64,000 bases of DNA from NCBI RefSeq assembly GCF_009914755.1, contig NC_060929.1. One strand, given 5' to 3'. The notes under the pieces were generated by a model, which ran no database searches, had not been told where the DNA came from, and saw nothing but the letters and a program-made list of their open reading frames with translations. The DNA is from the human T2T-CHM13v2.0 reference genome, Homo sapiens. Positions 58,976 to 64,000 of the stretch are shown here, one piece after another; the stretch's first letter is position 1; every line of letters begins with the position of its first letter. The translations under genes were made by a program, and so were the position numbers.

Positions 58976-59275
58976 GGCTGAGTGCAGTGGCTCATGCCTG
59001 TAATCCCAGCACTTTGGGAGGCCAAGATAGGTGGATACTTGACGTCAGGAGTTCGAGACCAGCCTGACCAATATGGTGAAACTCCATCTCTACTTAGAAA
59101 AAAAAAAAAAAAAATTAGCCAGGCATGGTGTCACGTGCCTGTAATCCCAGCTACTTGGAAGGCTGAGGAAGGAGAAGTGCTTACCTGGGAGGTGGAGGTT
59201 GCAGTGAGCTGAGATCATACCACTGCACTCCAGCCTGGGTTACAGAGCAAGACTCTTGTCTCCAAAAAAATAATA
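58976..59275 (+). mobile_element. AluS element
   Basis: ~20-bp TSD ATTAAAATATAT(C/G)ACTCAAA. Confidence 0.95.
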
Positions 59276-59488
59276 ATAATTAAAATATATGACTCAAAAA
59301 AGCAATTTTTTGAGGACAAGCCTTTCAGTTCCCAACTGTTTCCATGCAAAACAAGGCAGTTTTATCAACTCAGCTTGAAAATAGGAAATCATATCCTAGA
59401 TATGAGATACCAATTATCTCTTCCTCCTTCTCTTAATGCTTATATTGCAGCATCTGATTCAGCTATTGAAAATGTATTGCGAATCTTT

Positions 59489-62400
59489 TTTCAATCCTTT
59501 TTTTATCTTTAATTTTAGGTTTAGGGGTACATGTGCAGGTTTATTATATAGGCAAACTGTGTGTTTTGGAGGTTTAGCACACAGGTAATGTTGTCACCTG
59601 AGTAATAAGCATAGTACCTGATGGGTACTTTTCTGACCCTCTCCCTCCTCTTACCCTCTACCCTCAAGTAGGCCCCAGGGTCTGTTGTTCCTCTCCTAGT
59701 GGATCCATGTGTTCTCATTGTTTAGGCCCCATTTATAAGTGAGAACGTGAATATTCATTTTTCTGTTTCCTGCATTAGTTTGCTTAGGATAATGGCCTCC
59801 AGCTCCATCCATGTTGTCACAAAAGATGTGATCTTATTCTTTTTTGTGACTGCATAGTACTCCAGGGTGTATAGGCACCACATTTTCTTTATCTAGTCTA
59901 CTGTTGATGGGCATTTAGGTTAATTCTGTCTTTGCTGTTGTGGATAGTGCTGCAATGAACATACCATGCATGTGTCTTTATAGTAGAATGATTTATATTC
60001 CTTTGGGTATATACCCAATAATGGAATTCCTGGGTCAAATAGTATTTCTGTTTAAAGAGCTTTGAGAAATCACCACACTGCTTTCCACAATGGCTGAACT
60101 AATTTACATTCCCACCAGCAGTGTATAAGCATTCCGTTTTATCCACAACCTTGCCAGCATCTGTTTTTTTTAAAATTTTTTTAATATTAGCCATTCTTAC
60201 TGGTATGAGATGGTGTCTCATTTTGGTTTTGATTTACATTCCTCTAATTATTAGTGATGTTGAGCGTTTTTCATATGCTTATTGATTGCATGTATCTCTT
60301 CTTTGGAAAAGTGTTCATGTCCTTACCCCACTTTTTAATGGGGTTGTTGGTTTTTTGCTTGCAAATTTGTTTAAGTTCTTTATTGATTCTGGACATGAAA
60401 CCTTTGTCAGATGCATAGTTTGCAAATATTTTCTCCAATTCCATAAGTTGCCTGTTTACTCTGTTGATAGTTTATTTTGCTGTGCAGAATCCCTTTAATT
60501 TAATTAGATCCCATTTGTCAATTTTTTTTGTTGCAATTGTTTTTGGCATCTTTGTTGTGAAACCTTCGACAAGTCCTATGTCCAGAATAGTATTTCCTAA
60601 GTTATCTTCCAAGGATTTTATACTTTCAGGTTTTACATTTAAGTATTTAATCTACCTTGAGTTGATTTTTTTAATATGTGTTATAAGATAGCAGTCCAGT
60701 CTCAATCTTCTGCATATGACTAGCCAGTTATCCCAGCACCATTTTATGAATGTGGAGTCCTTTTCCCATTATTTATTTCTGTCAGCTTTGTCAAAAATCA
60801 GATGATTATAGGTGTGTGGCATTATTTCTCAGGTCTCTATTCTGTTCTATTGGTCTGTGTGTCTGTTTTTGTATCAGTACTATGCCGTTTTGGTTACTGT
60901 AGCCCTGTAGTATAGTTTGTGCCTTGTAATTGGGGCATTAAACCTGTTTACATTGAAGGTTAATATTAGTATGTGTGGATTTGATCCTATTATCATGTTG
61001 TTAGCTGGTCATTATGCATACTATAAACATTGCTATATAGTATCACTGGTCTGTGTATCTAAGTGTGTTTTTGTAGTGGCTGGTAATGGTCTTTTCTTTC
61101 CATAATTAGTGCCCCTTTCAGGACCTCTTGTAGCACAGGTTTGATAGTAATGAATTCCCTTAGCATTTGCTTATCTAAAAAGGATCTTATTTATCCTTCA
61201 CTTAGTTTGGTGGGATATGAAATTATTGGCTAGAAATTTTTTTCTTTAAGAATGTTGAATATAGGCCCCCAATCTTTTCTGGCTTGTAGAGTTTCTGCTG
61301 AAAGGTCAACTGTTAGCCTGGTGGTTCCCTTTGTAGGTGACCTGCCCTTATTTCTTGCTGCCTTTAACATTTTTCCTTTCATTTTGACCTTGAAAAAACT
61401 GATAATTATGTGTCTTGGAATGATCTTCTTGGGTAATAGCTCACGAGGGTTCTTTGTATTTCCCAGATTTGCATGTTGGCCTCTCTAGCAAGGTTGGAGA
61501 AGATTTAATGGACAATATCCTAGAATATATTTTCCAAATTGCTTGGTTTCTCTCCTTCTTCCTCAGGCACACCAATGAGTCATATATTGGGTCTCTTTCC
61601 ACAATCCCATATTTCTTGGAGGTTTTATTCATTCTCCTTTATTGTTTTTTCTTATTTTTGTCTGACAGTTATTTCAGAGGATCAGTGTCAAGCTCTGAGA
61701 TTTTTTTCCTCAGCTTGGCCTATTCGGTTGTTAATACTTGCCATTGCATTATGCAATTCTTGTAGTGTGTTTTTCAGCTCTATCAGATCAGTTTGGTTCC
61801 TTTGTATAATGACTATTTTGTCTATCAGTTCCTGTATTTTTTTATTGTGATTCTTAGCTTCTGTGGAGTGGGTTTCAATGTTCTCCTGAATCTCAATGAC
61901 CTTTATTCCTATGTATATTCTGAATTCTATTTCTATCATTTCAGCCATTTCAGCCTGGTTAAGAATGCTTGCTGGGGAACTAGTGTGATCACTTGGAAGA
62001 AAGAAGGCACTCTGGCCTTTTGAGTTGCCAGAGTTCTTGTGCTGGCTCTTTCTTATTGTGTGGGCTGATGTTCCTTCAGTCTTTGAAGTTGCTGTCCTTT
62101 GTTTTTGTTTTTGTTGTTGTTTTTGTTGTCCTTTGATGCCCTTGGAAATTTGATTATGTATGATATAAGGTGAGTTCAGTTGATTGGATTCAATTCTTGT
62201 TCACTACTGGGTCTTGGAGAAGCCTCCTCTGATTACTGTTTCCATGCCCACGTTTCTTTTGTTGAGTGTTCTGGTCCACTGGGCTCCCTTCGGTAGGGGC
62301 TGCAGTTAGTAGACAAGCTGTATCCTTGCCAAGTCAGCCCTAATCTGCTGTCTGGGTACTTCCTGGAAAACATGGGTTGTGCCTGTCTGCAGAATTCAGG

Positions 62401-63448
62401 CAGAAGTAGGACCTCTGGGTTGTAAACTCTAGTGGATGTGGCCTGTCTGGCTATGGGAGGGGAGGATGGATGGAGTTGCCTGCCCTGCTGTAGGGGTTTT
62501 CAGGGCAACAGGAGGCTGAACTCTTTGGTAAATTCAGGCAGAAGTAGAACCACTGGGCGAGAAGCTCTAGCAGATGTGGCTCCCCTGGCTACCAGTGGTG
62601 GGAGTGGGTGAGGATAACTGCCTTGTTGTCCAGATGCTTCCTGGAACAACAGGAGGCTGCACCCACTAGCTGAATTTCCACAGAAGCAGGATCGCTGGGC
62701 CCAAAGCTCTACAGGTGTTGCCCACCTAGCTATCAGTATCAGAAATGTATGGGATCATGCACCCTACTGTCTGGGTGTTTCCCAGGACAATAGGAGACTG
62801 CACTCTCTGGCTGAGTTCACACAGAAGTGGGACCACTGGGCTAGAAGCTCTAGCAAGCATTGGCCACCTGGCTAGCACTGGGGTGGTGTGGGTGGGTGGA
62901 GTGGCTGGCCGAGTTTAGGGGAAAGAGAGACTGCTGGACTGGAAGCTCCGAGCCACGTTCAGCAAGAGGGGGTGGAGCAATCTTACTGTTCCCAGGCACC
63001 ACAACTGTGGCCTCTATTGGGGCTGATGTGCTGGTGCTAGTCTGCTTCACAGCCCAAGGCTTGTAGAGGTCCCCTTGAATCCAAGAGTTGCTCCCACATC
63101 TGTGTGGCTCTCTGCCTCAGTCTAGAAGCATAGTGCAGGGGGAGGGGTCATGGGAAGGCTGAGGGGATTGTCCTATTCCCAGTCTTTAAAGCATGAATCC
63201 ACCTGGGGGCTCTCTCTCACTCTTTGCCATGTTGGAGAGGTTCTCCTGACTCTACGCTGAGCCCACACAGGCTGGTGCCCACCTTTGCTCCTCTCTGCTC
63301 CCTGTGTTCTCCTGCTGCCTTGATGGATCCCAACATGGCTTCTCAGATGATTGACCTGCAGGGTCAGTGTTCACTAGCCCTTTTGTTTCCTTTTTGTGAG
63401 AATGGCGCATATGAGCTCCTTCTAGTCCTCTATCTTGGCTTCATCCCC
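59489..63448 (-). mobile_element. End-to-end L1PA15/16-like LINE-1 with ~2.55 kb internal ORF2 deletion
   Basis: 3' UTR at about 59500, ORF2 C-terminal part, junction at about 60918, ORF2 start, ORF1 remnants (61441-61948) and 5' UTR to 63448; TSD TGTATTGC(GA/TT)ATCTTT at 59473-59488 and 63449-63464. Confidence 0.9.
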
Positions 63449-63697
63449 TGTATTGCTTATCTTTATGTTGAGATATTTTATTTCTTCAAGCAGACTGTAA
63501 ACTCTCTAAAGGCACAAATCACAGAACAGCCTAAAACAAAATAGGCATTAGTAGATATATTCTTGAGGAACATAAGGTCTAAGTTGTATATACTATCCAG
63601 ATTATGCATTACATTCTGAGAAAATAGTTTATGAGAGTTATTTCCTAAGGAAAAAAAAAAACTCCTAACTAAATAAAATTTGCAGTAAGAGAGAGAA

Positions 63698-64000
63698 TCT
63701 TTGCTTTTGTTGCAATTTCTTTTGATGTTTTTGTCATGAAATCTTTGCCTGTGCCTATGTCCTGAATGGTATTGCCTAGATTTTCTTCTAGGGTTTTTAT
63801 AGTTTTGGGTTTTACATTTAAGTCTTTCATCCATCTTGAGTTAATTTTTGTATAGGAGTAAGGAAGGGGTCCAGTTTCTGTTTTCTACATATGGCTAGCC
63901 AGTTTTTCCAGCACCATTTATTAAACTGAGAATTCTTTCCTCATTGCTTGTTTTTTCAGGTTTGTTGAAGATCAGATGGTTGTAGATGTGTGGTCTTATT
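63698..64000 (-). mobile_element. L1PA ORF2 fragment running off the window
   Basis: Reverse of AAAACCCTAGAAGAAAATCTAGGCAATACCATTCAGGACATAGGC; no L1 3' UTR at its left end. Confidence 0.9.

Noticed and set aside
62340-62950. Regularly spaced repeats as a CRISPR-like array
   Set aside because: Whole units including the spacers are homologous, they lie in an L1 5' UTR of a primate genome, and no cas genes are present.

Overview
Primate (human-like) genomic DNA, AT-rich, CpG-poor and dominated by interspersed repeats. It holds about 20 Alus, two end-to-end L1s (an L1PA6-like copy on +, and an older L1PA15/16-like copy on - with a large internal deletion), a full-length Tigger1, many MaLR/ERVL/ERV1 LTRs, and MIR, L2 and MER fragments. 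I recognise no intact protein-coding gene; most ORFs in the track are Alu, L1, Tigger or LTR read-through or chance ORFs. The one recognisable gene-derived sequence is a processed TMA7 pseudogene (about 15856-16211, +). Most interesting signals: (i) an 86-bp near-perfect palindrome at 12360-12445; (ii) a CpG-enriched promoter-like island at about 14.36-14.75 kb with splice donors facing both ways, which could feed a spliced 104-codon ORF on - and the TMA7 retrocopy on +; (iii) a 51-nt TSD-flanked micro-retroinsertion at about 30.2 kb; (iv) an L1 whose deletion fuses the ORF2 N-terminus in frame to its C-terminal domain; (v) an old local duplication at 52.3/53.8 kb. Repeat subfamily names come from recalled consensus features and need RepeatMasker/Dfam confirmation. 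All transcript models are unverified inferences.
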